This document shows positions 47,674 through 58,191 of a stretch of 64,000 nt of DNA, in pieces. Source of the stretch: Clostridia bacterium (GTDB taxonomy: Bacteria; Bacillota; Clostridia; Christensenellales; UBA1242); assembly GCA_017467625.1 (NCBI GenBank), contig JAFUSN010000001.1, positions 21,844-85,843 of the forward strand. Direction: 5' to 3'. The notes beneath the pieces were generated by a model. The model saw only the letters and a program-made list of their open reading frames with translations, was not told the DNA's origin and ran no database searches. Position 1 is the first letter of the stretch. The number at the start of each line of letters is the position of its first letter. A program made the position numbers and the translations under genes.

Positions 47674-47790
47674 CTAACCCTGAACTTGTTTATGTTTAGG
47701 ATTTTTGCTACAAATGACTCTAACTTTACCGTTTCTCTTAATTACTTTACAACCATCACACATAGGTTTTACACTAGGTCTAACTTTCAT
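47674..47790 (-). CDS. rpmJ: 50S ribosomal protein L36 (not in the ORF track)
   Basis: Hand translation [38 protein letters not shown] with a GGAGA RBS. Confidence 0.93.
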   Translation of the reverse strand: MKVRPSVKPMCDGCKVIKRNGKVRVICSKNPKHKQVQG

Positions 47791-47807
47791 TGTCTTTTCT
47801 CCTGCTT

Positions 47808-48026
47808 TTATTTACTACGCCAAATAATTCTGCCACGAGTTAAGTCGTAAGGGCTAATTTCAAGTTTAACCGTGTCGCCCTCATAAACACGAATAAAATT
47901 TTTCCAGAGTTTTCCGGAAAGGTATGCGGTCACAATGTGTCCGCCTGCAATTTGAACTTTGAATGTTGCGCCAGGCATTGCCTCAACAACAACTCCTTCA
48001 GTTTCAATAACATCATCTTTACTCAA
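47808..48026 (-). CDS. infA: Translation initiation factor IF-1
   Basis: [19 protein letters not shown]...GRIIWR. The start codon is TTG, 9 nt after GGAGG. Confidence 0.95.
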   Translation of the reverse strand: MSKDDVIETEGVVVEAMPGATFKVQIAGGHIVTAYLSGKLWKNFIRVYEGDTVKLEISPYDLTRGRIIWRSK

Positions 48027-48072
48027 AAGTGTTTTCCTCCAAATTGAGTTTGAATTTTAAAGAAATTTATCT

Positions 48073-48096
48073 GGAAAGCCGGAGCTCCGGCTTTCC
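48073..48096. other. GC-rich perfect 24-nt palindrome between adk and infA
   Basis: GGAAAGCCGGAG/CTCCGGCTTTCC. No immediately adjacent U-run on the minus strand. Confidence 0.5.
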
Positions 48097-48107
48097 ACCA
48101 ATTTCAA

Positions 48108-48770
48108 TTATTTTACAAATTCGCTGAGCCCTTGTATATTGCTCTTTTTGAATTCATTTAACATGTTGCTATAGCTCTGTTCTGGTGAACTTTCACCACG
48201 AACTGTAACAACCTTGCCCTGCTGTTTGAAATAGTCAAGAATTGGAAGTGTTTCGCTTTGATAAACATTGTAACGAGTTTTATAAGTTTCCTCGTTATCA
48301 TCACTTCTAATTCCCCATTCTCCGCCACATTTAGGGCATTTTTCATAGCCTAAATTCCAACTTGTGTTATAAATATATCCACAATTTTTGCAAGTTCTTC
48401 TTCCAACAACCCTTTCTAAAAGAGTGCTATATGGAACCTCTAAATTAACAACAACATCAATGTCAGTAATTTTTTCTCTTACAAAAATTTCAAGTTGGTC
48501 TGGTGTTCTTGGAAATCCATCGAGAACAAATCCATTTTGAACATCACTTTGACTGAGTCTATTTTTAATCATTCTGCAAATAACTTCAGTTGGAACCATC
48601 TGTCCCTTATCCATGTATTCTTTTGCAAGAACGCCTTCCTTGTCACCTCTTGCAACGCTAGCACGAAGAATGTCACCCATTGAAACTGTTGGAAGATTAT
48701 ATTCTTCTGAAAGCATGTTGGCAAGTGTTCCCTTTCCAGCCATAGGTGCTCCAAACATTAAAAACTTCAT
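48108..48770 (-). CDS. adk: Adenylate kinase (zinc-lid type)
   Basis: GAPMAGKGT P-loop; lid CKNCG...CPKCGG. Confidence 0.95.
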   Translation of the reverse strand: MKFLMFGAPMAGKGTLANMLSEEYNLPTVSMGDILRASVARGDKEGVLAKEYMDKGQMVPTEVICRMIKNRLSQSDVQNGFVLDGFPRTPDQLEIFVREKITDIDVVVNLEVPYSTLLERVVGRRTCKNCGYIYNTSWNLGYEKCPKCGGEWGIRSDDNEETYKTRYNVYQSETLPILDYFKQQGKVVTVRGESSPEQSYSNMLNEFKKSNIQGLSEFVK

Positions 48771-48802
48771 AAAATTTCTCCTATTTGTTATTTATTGGGC
48801 CA

Positions 48803-50107
48803 CTATAAGATGTTTTTGTGTCGTTTCATCATCAGTTGAGCTTCAAGTTGTTGTTGGAACTCAATTGCAACGCTAACTACAATGAGCATTCCGGTTGCTG
48901 TGAATGAGTTAAGCAATCCTTGTTGACCAACTGCTACAACAGAAAATAGCACAGATGGAACAAGTGCGATAAACGCAAGGAAAATTGCTCCAAAAAGTGT
49001 GATTCTGTTTGAAACCTTTTTAAGATAATCAGTTGTTGGTTTTCCTGGACGAATACCTGGAATGAAACCACCATGTTGCTGAATATTTAAACTTACATCA
49101 GCTGGATTAAATTGAATCTGTGCATAAAAGTATGCAAAGAACAAAATAAGCAAAGCTGTTAAAATGCTATAAATTACAGAACCTGTTCCAATGTAATTGA
49201 ACCAGAATCCTGCAAATCCACCACTGTTTTTGCTAAGTCCACAAAGTGACATTATAAGTGATGGGAATGTGATTACGGCTGACGCAAATATGATTGGCAT
49301 AACACCACTTGCGTTAACCTTCATTGGAATGTATGATGATTGACCGCCATACATTTTTCTTCCTTTAACTTGTTTTGCATATTGAACAGGAATTTTTCTT
49401 TCTGCCATATCAACAAATACAATGAGGAAGAATACAACTAGCACAAGTGCAAGGAAACCTAAAAGTTCCCACAAATATGTTAAGTTATTTGAAATATTGC
49501 TAATTGCATTTAATAATGATTGTCCTGCAGTTGCCAAGATACCAACAAAAATGATGAGTGACAATCCGTTACCAATACCTTGCTCTGTGATTTTGTCGCC
49601 GAGCCACATTGTGAAGCATGTTCCAGCCATCAAAATTACAATAACAACAACATTAGTAAGCCAAAGTAAATTTTCACCAAAAATTGGTTGGATATAACTT
49701 GAACCAAGTCCAAGAACAATTCCAAGAGCCTGTGCAAGTGCAAGCACGAGTGCTACAATTTTTGTAATCATATTAATTTTATTTCTTCCCTCGTCACCCT
49801 CTTTTGAAAGTTTTTCAAGAGAAGGAATTGCAACTGATAAAAGTTGCACAATAATTGATGCATTGATGTAAGGAGTTACACCAAGCGCTAAAATTGCAGC
49901 ATTTGAAAGTGCACTACCAGAAACAGTGTTCAAAAGTGATAACACACCTGTAACATCATTACCAGCAATACCTTCATAAAGGTCGCTTGAAAGTCCAGGA
50001 GTTGGAAGATAGCAACCGAGTCTATAAACGAGTAAGAGAAGTAGTGTTATAATTATACTCTTTCGTAATTCGCGATTCTTTAACGCGCTTCCAAGGGTTT
50101 TGAACAT
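48803..50107 (-). CDS. secY: Preprotein translocase subunit SecY
   Basis: 10-TM protein with the GVTPYINASIIVQLL motif. Confidence 0.97.
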   Translation of the reverse strand: MFKTLGSALKNRELRKSIIITLLLLLVYRLGCYLPTPGLSSDLYEGIAGNDVTGVLSLLNTVSGSALSNAAILALGVTPYINASIIVQLLSVAIPSLEKLSKEGDEGRNKINMITKIVALVLALAQALGIVLGLGSSYIQPIFGENLLWLTNVVVIVILMAGTCFTMWLGDKITEQGIGNGLSLIIFVGILATAGQSLLNAISNISNNLTYLWELLGFLALVLVVFFLIVFVDMAERKIPVQYAKQVKGRKMYGGQSSYIPMKVNASGVMPIIFASAVITFPSLIMSLCGLSKNSGGFAGFWFNYIGTGSVIYSILTALLILFFAYFYAQIQFNPADVSLNIQQHGGFIPGIRPGKPTTDYLKKVSNRITLFGAIFLAFIALVPSVLFSVVAVGQQGLLNSFTATGMLIVVSVAIEFQQQLEAQLMMKRHKNIL

Positions 50108-50550
50108 TATTTTACCTCAATTGTTCCGCCTGCAGCGGTAATTTTCTTAACTGCTCCATCTGTAAATTTTGCAGCTTGAACATTTAAAGATTTGGTGAGA
50201 GTTCCATTTCCAAGAACTTTTAAACCATATGGTTCAATTTTAGAAATGATGTTTTTTGATTTTAATAGTTCAACTGTAACAGTTGTTCCATTGTCAAAAA
50301 CTTCAAGCTCTCCAACATTAATTGTAGTATAAACCTTTCTGAAGTTATTTGTAAAGCCAAATTTTGGAAGTTGACGAATAAGAGGCATTTGTCCGCCTTC
50401 AAATCCTGGTCTAACTCCACCACCGCTTCTAGCGTTTTGACCTTTATGACCTTTTCCAGAAGTTTTTCCAACACCTGAACCAATTCCACGGCCAAGTCTT
50501 TTTGTTCCTCTGGTTGAACCTTCAGCTGGTTTCAATTCATGAATTCTCAT
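50107..50550 (-). CDS. rplO: 50S ribosomal protein L15
   Basis: [20 protein letters not shown] motif. Confidence 0.97.
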   Translation of the reverse strand: MRIHELKPAEGSTRGTKRLGRGIGSGVGKTSGKGHKGQNARSGGGVRPGFEGGQMPLIRQLPKFGFTNNFRKVYTTINVGELEVFDNGTTVTVELLKSKNIISKIEPYGLKVLGNGTLTKSLNVQAAKFTDGAVKKITAAGGTIEVK

Positions 50551-50561
50551 TAGGTTTCTCC

Positions 50562-51011
50562 TTATTTTACTTCTTCAACTTGAACTAAGTGTTTAACAAC
50601 AAAAATCATTCCTCTTGTTGCCTTGTTGTCAGGAACAATGTTTGATGAATGTGTTTTGTTAAGTCCAAGCGCCTTAAGTGTTTTTATTTGTTTTTCAAGT
50701 CTGCCATAAGCGCTCTTTACAAGTGTAACTTTAAGCATTGGTCCATTTTTCTTTTCTGCTTTTGGAGCTGCTTTAGCTACAGTTTTTGGAGCTTCTGCTT
50801 TAACTTCAGCAACAGCCTCTGCCTTTTGAGCAGCTTCTGCTTTTGGTTTTGCAGTGGTTTTTGCAGCTGTTGTTTTTGCAGCTGTGGTTTTTGGAGCAGC
50901 TGTTTTTGGAGCAGCTGCCTTTGGAGTAGCTGCCTTTGTTGTCTTTTTAGCAGCGGTTGCTGCTTTGGTTTCAGAAGACTTAACTGTGGTTGTTTTCTTT
51001 GTTTCTGCCAT
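50562..51011 (-). CDS. rpmD: 50S ribosomal protein L30 with a 91-aa Ala/Lys/Pro/Thr-rich N-terminal extension
   Basis: C-terminal 58 aa [26 protein letters not shown]...HLVQVEE are canonical L30. GGAGGA RBS lies 9 nt before ATG 51011; there is no RBS before Met92 (50738). Confidence 0.85.
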   Translation of the reverse strand: MAETKKTTTVKSSETKAATAAKKTTKAATPKAAAPKTAAPKTTAAKTTAAKTTAKPKAEAAQKAEAVAEVKAEAPKTVAKAAPKAEKKNGPMLKVTLVKSAYGRLEKQIKTLKALGLNKTHSSNIVPDNKATRGMIFVVKHLVQVEEVK

Positions 51012-51025
51012 ATCTCGTCTTCCTC

Positions 51026-51631
51026 CTATCTAATTTCATCAACGCTCTTTCCACGAATTGCAGCAATTTGTTCTGCTGTTCTAAGAGCTTTGAGTCCTTC
51101 AAAAGTTGCTTTTACACAGTTTACTGGGTTGTTTGAACCATAAAGTTTTGTTGTGATATCTTTAATTCCAGCAAGTTCAACAACATCACGAACTGCACCA
51201 CCTGCAATAATACCTTTTCCTTCTGATGATGGCATCATGATAACTTTGGTTGTTCCAAATTTACCAATAACGTCATGAGGAATTGTGGTTCCATCAATGC
51301 ATACATTGATCATATGTTTTTTAGCAACAAGTGTTGCTTTTTCAATTGCTTGGGTTACATCAAGAGCTTTTGCAAGTCCGATTCCAACTTTACCATTTTT
51401 ATCTCCAACAACCATAAGAGCGTCATAACGAAGTGTTTTTCCACCCTTGGTTACCTTTGAAATTGGGTTTAAGTAAATCATTCTTTTTTCAAGTCCATCA
51501 GAAACCTTTTCTGGACGACGGTTTTCTCTTCTTGGCTTTCTGCCATTTTTACCGTTTTCTTTCTTGTTTTCTGTTTCAGCAGTTGGAGTTTCAACTACTT
51601 CTTCTTGTTTAACTTCTAATTCTTCTGCCAT
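51026..51631 (-). CDS. rpsE: 30S ribosomal protein S5 (N-terminal extension of about 35 aa)
   Basis: [21 protein letters not shown] core. Confidence 0.95.
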   Translation of the reverse strand: MAEELEVKQEEVVETPTAETENKKENGKNGRKPRRENRRPEKVSDGLEKRMIYLNPISKVTKGGKTLRYDALMVVGDKNGKVGIGLAKALDVTQAIEKATLVAKKHMINVCIDGTTIPHDVIGKFGTTKVIMMPSSEGKGIIAGGAVRDVVELAGIKDITTKLYGSNNPVNCVKATFEGLKALRTAEQIAAIRGKSVDEIR

Positions 51632-51640
51632 AACTACCTC

Positions 51641-52009
51641 CTAAAACTCCAAACCTGCTTCTCTTGCACCATCAGCAACTGCTTTAACACGACCGGTGTA
51701 AATGTAGCCACTTCTATCAAAAACAACTGTTTTTACACCAAGTTTTTTTGCTCTTGTGCCAATTTCATGTCCAACAATGTTTGCAATTTCAACTTTTGTT
51801 TTTCCTTCAAGTTTTTTAGCAAGTGCCTTATCTTTACTTGATGCGCTGCAAATAGTTTTTCCAGCTTTATCATCAATAAGTTGAGCATAAATTTCATTTG
51901 TTGAACGATAAACATTAAGTCTTGGCATTTCAGCAGTTCCCTTCACGGTAAATCTAATACGATTATGCTTAGCTTTTCTTACTTCATTTTTATCAACTTT
52001 TTTAAACAT
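51641..52009 (-). CDS. rplR: 50S ribosomal protein L18
   Basis: RLNVYRSTNEIYAQLIDD...GREGLEF-type C-terminus. Confidence 0.97.
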   Translation of the reverse strand: MFKKVDKNEVRKAKHNRIRFTVKGTAEMPRLNVYRSTNEIYAQLIDDKAGKTICSASSKDKALAKKLEGKTKVEIANIVGHEIGTRAKKLGVKTVVFDRSGYIYTGRVKAVADGAREAGLEF

Positions 52010-52019
52010 AACTCACTCC

Positions 52020-52583
52020 TTATTTTTTACCTGATGAAGTTTTCTTGATTTCTTTTCTACGAACATGCTCGTTTGTATAGTAGATTCCATATCCATGATA
52101 TGGTTCGACTTTTTTGATTGCTTTCACATCTGCTGCAAATTGTCCAACTTGTTCCTTGCTGATGCCTGAAACAAGAATTTCTGTTGCAGATGGACATGTA
52201 ACTGTTAAATATGAAGGAATTTCAACATTAACAGGGTGTGAGAAACCAATGTTAAGAACAAGTTTGTTTCCTTGAACTTGGCATTTGAAACCAACACCAT
52301 TAATTGTGATTGACTTTGAAAAGCCTTGAGATACACCAGCAACCATGTTAGCAATAAGTGCTCTGTATAAACCATGTTTTGCATTGGTGTCTCTGTTGCC
52401 ATCACCAGCAACAACTACGATTGCGTTTTTGCCTTCATGTTCTGCCTTTTCAAGTGCAATGTTTCCAGTTACTTGTTGTTCTAAAGTTCCCTTTGGTCCT
52501 TTAACAACAACCACTTTGTTTTCATTCATTTCAACTGTAACATTTTCTGGGAGAACAATTGGGGTTTTTCCTACACGACTCAT
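52020..52583 (-). CDS. rplF: 50S ribosomal protein L6
   Basis: MSRVGKTPI after a GGAGGA RBS (Met15 of the ORF). Confidence 0.95.
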   Translation of the reverse strand: MSRVGKTPIVLPENVTVEMNENKVVVVKGPKGTLEQQVTGNIALEKAEHEGKNAIVVVAGDGNRDTNAKHGLYRALIANMVAGVSQGFSKSITINGVGFKCQVQGNKLVLNIGFSHPVNVEIPSYLTVTCPSATEILVSGISKEQVGQFAADVKAIKKVEPYHGYGIYYTNEHVRRKEIKKTSSGKK

Positions 52584-52596
52584 TCCAATTTCCTCC

Positions 52597-52992
52597 TTAC
52601 CATACATAGGCGAGAACTTCGCCACCGATTCCTAATTTTCTTGCTTGTCTGTCTGTCATAACGCCTTTTGATGTAGAAACAATAACAATGCCAAGTCCGC
52701 CAAGAACTTTTGGAAGATCTGCAGCACTAGCATAGATTCTTCTACCAGGTTTTGAAATACGTTTTAAGCCAGTAATAACTTTTTGGTTTTTGTTAACATA
52801 TTTAAGCGATACAACAAGATCTTTAAATTTTCCGTTTTCAACTTCTTCAAAACCAGCAATGTAACCTTCGTCAAGCAAAATTTGCAAAATTGATTTCTTC
52901 ATTGTTGAAGTTTCAACTGAAACAGTGTCATGCTTAGCGATTTGTGCATTTCTAATTCTTGTAAGTAAGTCTGCGATTGAATCATTAACCAT
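52597..52992 (-). CDS. rpsH: 30S ribosomal protein S8
   Basis: [13 protein letters not shown]...GGEVLAYVW. Confidence 0.97.
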   Translation of the reverse strand: MVNDSIADLLTRIRNAQIAKHDTVSVETSTMKKSILQILLDEGYIAGFEEVENGKFKDLVVSLKYVNKNQKVITGLKRISKPGRRIYASAADLPKVLGGLGIVIVSTSKGVMTDRQARKLGIGGEVLAYVW

Positions 52993-53007
52993 TTATCTTT
53001 CCTCCTA

Positions 53008-53193
53008 TTACCAGCTTGCTTTTTTAATTCCAGGAATTTGACCTTTATATGCAAGTTCTCTGAAGCAAATACGGCAAATACCATATTTTCTGAGAACTGA
53101 ATGAGGTCTTCCACAAAGTGAGCATCTTGTATACTCACGAGTTTTATATTTTTGTGTGCCCTGTTGTTTATTTATCATTGATTTTTTTGCCAT
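53008..53193 (-). CDS. rpsN: 30S ribosomal protein S14, type Z (zinc-binding)
   Basis: 61 aa; CSLCGR...CRICFRE. Confidence 0.97.
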   Translation of the reverse strand: MAKKSMINKQQGTQKYKTREYTRCSLCGRPHSVLRKYGICRICFRELAYKGQIPGIKKASW

Positions 53194-53203
53194 GTTTCTC
53201 TCC

Positions 53204-53764
53204 TTAGGCCTTGAAAGGCATTCCCATGAGTTTTAAAAGTGCTCTAGCTTCATCATCTGTTTTTGCTGTTGTAACAAATGTTACATCAAATCCTCTAATT
53301 TTCTCAATCTTATCATAAATGATTTCTGGGAAAATAAGTTGTTCTTTAATTCCATAGGTATAGTTGCCTCTGCCATCAAATCCGGTTGTTGCATCAATTC
53401 CACGGAAGTCACGAACTTTTGGAAGTGCAATTGCAATGAGTCTATCTAAAAATTCATACATTCTTCTACCACGAAGAGTAACTTTTGCACCAATTTTTTG
53501 ACCTTGACGAAGTTTGAAGTTTGCAACTGACTTTTTAGCAGTTGTGATTGCTGGTTTTTGTCCAGAAATAGCTGCAAGTTCTTCAACTGCAATGTTGAAG
53601 CTCTTTGAGTTATCTTTTTCAGCACCAAGTCCCATGCTTAAAACAATTTTGTCAATTTTTGGAACTTCATTAACATTTTTGTAACCAAATTGTTTAAGTA
53701 AAGCTGGAACAACTTCATTAACATATTTGTCTTTAAGTCTTACATCTGTTGTTTTCTTTGCCAT
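53204..53764 (-). CDS. rplE: 50S ribosomal protein L5
   Basis: RLKDKY...[20 protein letters not shown]. Confidence 0.97.
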   Translation of the reverse strand: MAKKTTDVRLKDKYVNEVVPALLKQFGYKNVNEVPKIDKIVLSMGLGAEKDNSKSFNIAVEELAAISGQKPAITTAKKSVANFKLRQGQKIGAKVTLRGRRMYEFLDRLIAIALPKVRDFRGIDATTGFDGRGNYTYGIKEQLIFPEIIYDKIEKIRGFDVTFVTTAKTDDEARALLKLMGMPFKA

Positions 53765-53767
53765 TTG

Positions 53768-54280
53768 CTACACTCCTCTTTGAGATGATCTTGAAGTTTG
53801 TGGCTTTTTAGCTACTGCAGTTTTTGTTGCCTTTTCAGCTTCAGCTTTAGTAGCTCTCGACTTTTTTTCTGTTTTTGGTTTTTCTGTTGTTTTTGCAGTT
53901 TCGGTTTTTTCTTCTTTAACTGCCTTTTTAGCTGCTTTAGTTTCCTTTACAAATTTGCCATCGAGTGATGCGCCACATTTAGCGCAAACTCTGTGCTTTT
54001 TGCCTTCAACTTCAGCATGTCTAACACGAGTTGCTTTTCCACAAGCTGGGCAAACAACATTAACATTTGAAACATCAATAGCTGCTTCTTTTTTAACAAG
54101 TTCGCTCTTTTCTTGTGCAGTTCTTGCTTTTTTAGCTTTTGTTACAAGGTTAACACCTTCAACAACAACTCTTGTGTGATCTTTAACGGTTTTTACTGCG
54201 ATTACCTTTCCCTTTTTACCAGAGTCTTTTCCAGTGGTTACCAAAACGGTATCGCCAGTTTTAATACTTACCTTTGCCAT
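53768..54280 (-). CDS. rplX: 50S ribosomal protein L24, zinc-ribbon form with a Lys/Ala/Glu/Thr-rich tail
   Basis: [23 protein letters not shown] motif; [10 protein letters not shown]...[10 protein letters not shown] as in Thermus L24; about 58 extra C-terminal residues. Confidence 0.93.
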   Translation of the reverse strand: MAKVSIKTGDTVLVTTGKDSGKKGKVIAVKTVKDHTRVVVEGVNLVTKAKKARTAQEKSELVKKEAAIDVSNVNVVCPACGKATRVRHAEVEGKKHRVCAKCGASLDGKFVKETKAAKKAVKEEKTETAKTTEKPKTEKKSRATKAEAEKATKTAVAKKPQTSRSSQRGV

Positions 54281-54292
54281 TTCTTTTCCTCC

Positions 54293-54664
54293 TTATAAAA
54301 CTTCTGGTGCAAGTGAAATAATTTTCATGAATTTTGGGTTAGCACGAAGCTCACGAGCAACCGGTCCAAAAATACGGGTTCCCCTTGGGTTTCCATCATT
54401 ATTGATGATTACTGCTGCGTTGTCATCAAACTTAATGTAACTTCCATCTTCTCTTCTAACACCCTTTGTTGTTCTAACAATAACTGCTGTAACAACATCG
54501 CCTTTTTTAATGTTAGCACCTGGGGTTGCAGATTTAACAGAAGCTTTGATAATATCGCCAACACTTGCAGTTTTAACAACTGAACCACCAACAACATGGA
54601 AGCACATAATTTCTTTTGCGCCTGAGTTGTCAGCAACACGCAATCTTGTTTGTGGTTGAATCAT
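54293..54664 (-). CDS. rplN: 50S ribosomal protein L14
   Basis: [17 protein letters not shown]; ATG 9 nt after AGGAGA. Confidence 0.97.
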   Translation of the reverse strand: MIQPQTRLRVADNSGAKEIMCFHVVGGSVVKTASVGDIIKASVKSATPGANIKKGDVVTAVIVRTTKGVRREDGSYIKFDDNAAVIINNDGNPRGTRIFGPVARELRANPKFMKIISLAPEVL

Positions 54665-54683
54665 AATCACTTATCTCCTAATT

Positions 54684-54950
54684 TTATTTAACTTTTTCAA
54701 CAATTCTAACGAGTCTCCATCTCTTATCTTTGCTGAGTGGACGAGTTTCTGCAATTTCAACAGTGTCGCCAATATCGCATTGATTTTCTGGATCGTCTGC
54801 TTTTACCTTTGTTGAATGATTAAGTGTTTTTCCGTATACAGGATGAAGTTCTTTTGTTTTGATAACAACAACAATTGTTTTGTCCATTTTGTTGCTTACA
54901 ACTTCACCTATTCTGGTTTTTCTTTCATTTCTTACTTGTTCATTTGCCAT
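54684..54950 (-). CDS. rpsQ: 30S ribosomal protein S17
   Basis: [14 protein letters not shown]...[12 protein letters not shown]. Confidence 0.97.
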   Translation of the reverse strand: MANEQVRNERKTRIGEVVSNKMDKTIVVVIKTKELHPVYGKTLNHSTKVKADDPENQCDIGDTVEIAETRPLSKDKRWRLVRIVEKVK

Positions 54951-54961
54951 ACTTCTTCACC

Positions 54962-55237
54962 TTAACCCTTTTTCTCTGCATCGACTTTTGCAGATTTCTT
55001 TGTTGTTTTAGCCACCTTCTTAGGTGCTTCTTCTGGTCCTTTTACAAGGCCAAGTTCTCTTTGACGAAGAACTGTTTTAACTCTTGCAATGTTTCTCTTG
55101 CAAACTGTGATTTCGTTGCTGTTAGCAAGGCTTCCAGTTGCATGAGTGAATCTTAAATTAAAAAGTTCTGCTTTTAAACTTGCAAGTTTTTCAGCAAGTT
55201 CAGCATTTGTGAGAGAATTAAATTCTGTATTTTTCAT
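54962..55237 (-). CDS. rpmC: 50S ribosomal protein L29 (basic C-terminal extension of about 25 aa)
   Basis: L..LK.ELFNLRF core, then KGPEEAPKKVAKTTKKSAKVDAEKKG. Confidence 0.95.
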   Translation of the reverse strand: MKNTEFNSLTNAELAEKLASLKAELFNLRFTHATGSLANSNEITVCKRNIARVKTVLRQRELGLVKGPEEAPKKVAKTTKKSAKVDAEKKG

Positions 55238-55674
55238 TATTCACCCTCCTTTACATTAGGAGTTTCAACTTCACGAGTGATAATTTTTGTAGCACATGGA
55301 AGTTTGTATTTAGCACGAGTTAAAGCTGTTTTCATAGCTTCTTCTGATGTGTGCTCAACCTCAAAAATAACTCTGCCTGGTTTGATAACTGCTACCCAAT
55401 ATTCAGGTGAACCTTTACCAGAACCCATACGAGTGTCAGCAGGTTTCTTTGTTACTGGTTTATCAGGAAAAACATCAATCCAAACTCTTCCACCTCTTTG
55501 GAAGCTTCTGTTGATAGCAACACGGCCAGCTTCAATTTGGTTTGATGTGAGCCAGCAAGGTTCAGTTGCAACAAGTCCCATTGAACCATAAGCAAGTTTA
55601 TTGCCTCTTGTTGCTTTGCCGGTCATTCTTCCTCTTTGAACTTTTCTTCTTTTAACTCTTTTTGGCATTAACAT
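55237..55674 (-). CDS. rplP: 50S ribosomal protein L16
   Basis: [11 protein letters not shown]...[10 protein letters not shown]. Confidence 0.97.
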   Translation of the reverse strand: MLMPKRVKRRKVQRGRMTGKATRGNKLAYGSMGLVATEPCWLTSNQIEAGRVAINRSFQRGGRVWIDVFPDKPVTKKPADTRMGSGKGSPEYWVAVIKPGRVIFEVEHTSEEAMKTALTRAKYKLPCATKIITREVETPNVKEGE

Positions 55675-55675
55675 A

Positions 55676-56347
55676 TTAGTTCTTACCTCCTTGAGCTTGT
55701 TTTGTTAAATCTACTTTACCAAGAATTTCACCTTTGTAAATCCAAACTTTAACACCAAGCTTTCCGTAAATGGAAGCTTCTGCAAAACCATAATCAATGT
55801 CTGCACGAAGTGTTTGAAGTGGAATTGAACCAAGGTGAAGTTGTTCGCTCCTTGCAATTTCAGCGTTGTTAATACGACCTGAAACCATAATTTTAACACC
55901 TTTAACGCCTGCTTTTTGGCATCTTGAAAGTGCTTGTTTCATTGCACGACGGCAAACAATTCTTTGGTCAAGTTGTGCTGCAATTGATTCAGCAACAAGT
56001 TGTGCATCAGCATCTGGAGTTTTAATTTCAACAACATTGATATTAACTTCCTTTCCGCCAGCAACTTTTGAAAGTGCTTTTTTCATAGCTTCAACGCCAG
56101 CACCTTTTTGTCCAATAACCATACCTGGTCTTGATGTGTGAAGTGAAATCAAAACTTTGTTATCGTTATTTCTTTCAATAACAACTTTGGCAATACCAGA
56201 ATTATTATATTTTTTACTAATGAACTCACGAATTTTGTTATCTTCCAAAATGTAAGCAGCTAAATGCTTTTTATCTGCAATCCAGTTGCTATCCCATGCT
56301 TTGTTGATACCAACTCTAAGTCCATGTGGATTAACTTTTTGTCCCAT
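55676..56347 (-). CDS. rpsC: 30S ribosomal protein S3
   Basis: [13 protein letters not shown]; KH domain. Confidence 0.97.
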   Translation of the reverse strand: MGQKVNPHGLRVGINKAWDSNWIADKKHLAAYILEDNKIREFISKKYNNSGIAKVVIERNNDNKVLISLHTSRPGMVIGQKGAGVEAMKKALSKVAGGKEVNINVVEIKTPDADAQLVAESIAAQLDQRIVCRRAMKQALSRCQKAGVKGVKIMVSGRINNAEIARSEQLHLGSIPLQTLRADIDYGFAEASIYGKLGVKVWIYKGEILGKVDLTKQAQGGKN

Positions 56348-56367
56348 AATTTCCTCCTTGCCTCTTT

Positions 56368-56757
56368 CTACGCCTTTTTCTCATCAAGAACAAATGTGAT
56401 ATGGCTGTTTCTTTTCTTGATTGAATGTGCTCTACCTTTGCTTACTGGTTGGAACCTTTTAAGGGTTGCTGCTCCATCAGCATAAGCTTCTGCAACATAT
56501 AAATTTGCTTTGTTCATTCCAAGATTATTTTCTGCATTTGCACCAGCGCTTTCCAAAACTTTAACAGCTTCTTCAGCTCCAACATTTGGCATATTGCGAA
56601 GAATTGCAACTGCTTCTGTGTAATCTTTTCCACGAACTAAATTTAAAACAATTCTAACTTTTGATGGTGAAACCCCAACATTTTTAGCTGTTGCTCTTGG
56701 TCTTTTATCGGAATTTTGAGCATTTTTTTCTGCTCTAACTTTTTGTCTAGTAGCCAT
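56368..56757 (-). CDS. rplV: 50S ribosomal protein L22
   Basis: SPSKVRIVLNLVRGK...AEAYADGAATLKRF. Confidence 0.97.
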   Translation of the reverse strand: MATRQKVRAEKNAQNSDKRPRATAKNVGVSPSKVRIVLNLVRGKDYTEAVAILRNMPNVGAEEAVKVLESAGANAENNLGMNKANLYVAEAYADGAATLKRFQPVSKGRAHSIKKRNSHITFVLDEKKA

Positions 56758-57038
56758 TATTTACCTCCCTTCAAAGACTTTACGCCAGCGTGACCTTTAT
56801 AGGTTCTTGTTGGTGCAAATTCACCGAGTTTGTATGAAACCATCTCTGCTGTAATATATACAGGAATGTGCTTTCTTCCATCGTAAACACCAATTGTGTG
56901 ACCAACCATGTCAGGAACGATAGTTGAAGACCTTGACCATGTTTTAATTACATGCTTTTCATTAGATGCATTCATAGCTTCAATTTTCTTCATAAGGCTC
57001 TTTTCAACAAATGGGCCTTTTTTAACTGATCTACTCAT
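56757..57038 (-). CDS. rpsS: 30S ribosomal protein S19
   Basis: [10 protein letters not shown]...[12 protein letters not shown]. Confidence 0.97.
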   Translation of the reverse strand: MSRSVKKGPFVEKSLMKKIEAMNASNEKHVIKTWSRSSTIVPDMVGHTIGVYDGRKHIPVYITAEMVSYKLGEFAPTRTYKGHAGVKSLKGGK

Positions 57039-57049
57039 CTCTTTGTCTC

Positions 57050-57877
57050 CTAATTGATTCTCTTAACAATTAACTTGTTTGTGCGACTCTTTTTCTTTCT
57101 AGTCTTATAACCAAGAGCAGGTTTGCCCCATGGAGTCATTGGACCAGCGTGGCCTACAGGAGCCTTTCCTTCGCCTCCTCCATGTGGATGGTCTACTGGG
57201 TTCATTGCGCTACCACGAACGGTAGGTCTAACACCCATGTGTCTCTTGATACCAGCTTTACCAATTGAAACAATTTCATGTTCAACATTTCCAACTTGTC
57301 CAATTGTTGCACGACATGTTTCTGGAACTTTTCTCATTTCCCCTGATGGAAGACGAAGTGTTGCGTAACCATTTTCAAGAGCCATGAATTGTGCACTGTT
57401 TCCTGCGCTTCTAGCAAGTTGTCCACCTTTTCCAGGATTAAGTTCAATGTTGTGAACAACAGAACCAACTGGAATGTGAGTAAATGGAAGTGCGTTTCCA
57501 ACTTTAATTTCTGCATTTTCACCGCTTTCAACTGTGTCACCAACAGCAAGGCCAATAGGAGCTAAAATATATCTCTTTTCGCCATCTGCATAATTTAAGA
57601 GTGCAATGTATGCTGATCTGTTTGGATCGTATTCAATTGTAGCAACTTTTGCAGGAATGTTATCTTTATTTCTTCTGAAATCGATAACACGATATTTTTG
57701 ACGGTTTCCACCGCCGATGTGTCTAACGGTAATTCTACCATAGCTGTTTCTTCCACCTGTTTTCTTCTTGGTTTCAAGAAGTGATTTTTCAGGTGCTTTT
57801 GCAGTAACCTCTTCAAAAGAAGCAGTTGCTCTGAATCTTCGACCAGCGCTGGTAGGATTTGATTTCTTTATTGCCAT
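57050..57877 (-). CDS. rplB: 50S ribosomal protein L2
   Basis: [13 protein letters not shown]...HPHGGGEGK. Confidence 0.97.
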   Translation of the reverse strand: MAIKKSNPTSAGRRFRATASFEEVTAKAPEKSLLETKKKTGGRNSYGRITVRHIGGGNRQKYRVIDFRRNKDNIPAKVATIEYDPNRSAYIALLNYADGEKRYILAPIGLAVGDTVESGENAEIKVGNALPFTHIPVGSVVHNIELNPGKGGQLARSAGNSAQFMALENGYATLRLPSGEMRKVPETCRATIGQVGNVEHEIVSIGKAGIKRHMGVRPTVRGSAMNPVDHPHGGGEGKAPVGHAGPMTPWGKPALGYKTRKKKSRTNKLIVKRIN

Positions 57878-57900
57878 AATCTATCTTTCTCCTTTAACCT

Positions 57901-58191
57901 TTAAGACAAACTGTCGAAGAATTCAATTGACTTGCTGTCAGCTGTAAGTTGAACAATAGCTTTTTTGTAATTTCCAGTAAGTCCTTCAGTTCTTCCTTGT
58001 CTTTTAATTTTTCCATAAACATTGAGTGTGTTTACACTTTCAACTTTAACTTTGAAAATTTCCTCAACGGCTTTTTTAATTTGTGTTTTTGTTGCCTTCT
58101 TTGCAACTTCAAAATAATATTTTTTGTTTGCAATGTCAGCATAACTCTTTTCTGTGAGGATTGGTCTAATAATAATATCTTGAACAAACAT
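57901..58191 (-). CDS. rplW: 50S ribosomal protein L23
   Basis: IIRPILTEKS...KKAIVQL. Confidence 0.97.
   Translation of the reverse strand: MFVQDIIIRPILTEKSYADIANKKYYFEVAKKATKTQIKKAVEEIFKVKVESVNTLNVYGKIKRQGRTEGLTGNYKKAIVQLTADSKSIEFFDSLS

Noticed and set aside
50739-51011. Alternative reading: L30 starts at Met92 and the upstream 273 nt is a non-coding spacer
   Set aside because: A strong GGAGGA lies 9 nt before ATG 51011 and there is no RBS before Met92. The frame stays open for 91 codons of biased composition. This is kept as a refutation test, not excluded experimentally.
50649-51143. 164-aa Cys/Phe/Ser-rich plus-strand ORF
   Set aside because: It is antisense to rpmD and rpsE, and the open frame is a by-product of the Ala/Lys-rich repeats on the coding strand.
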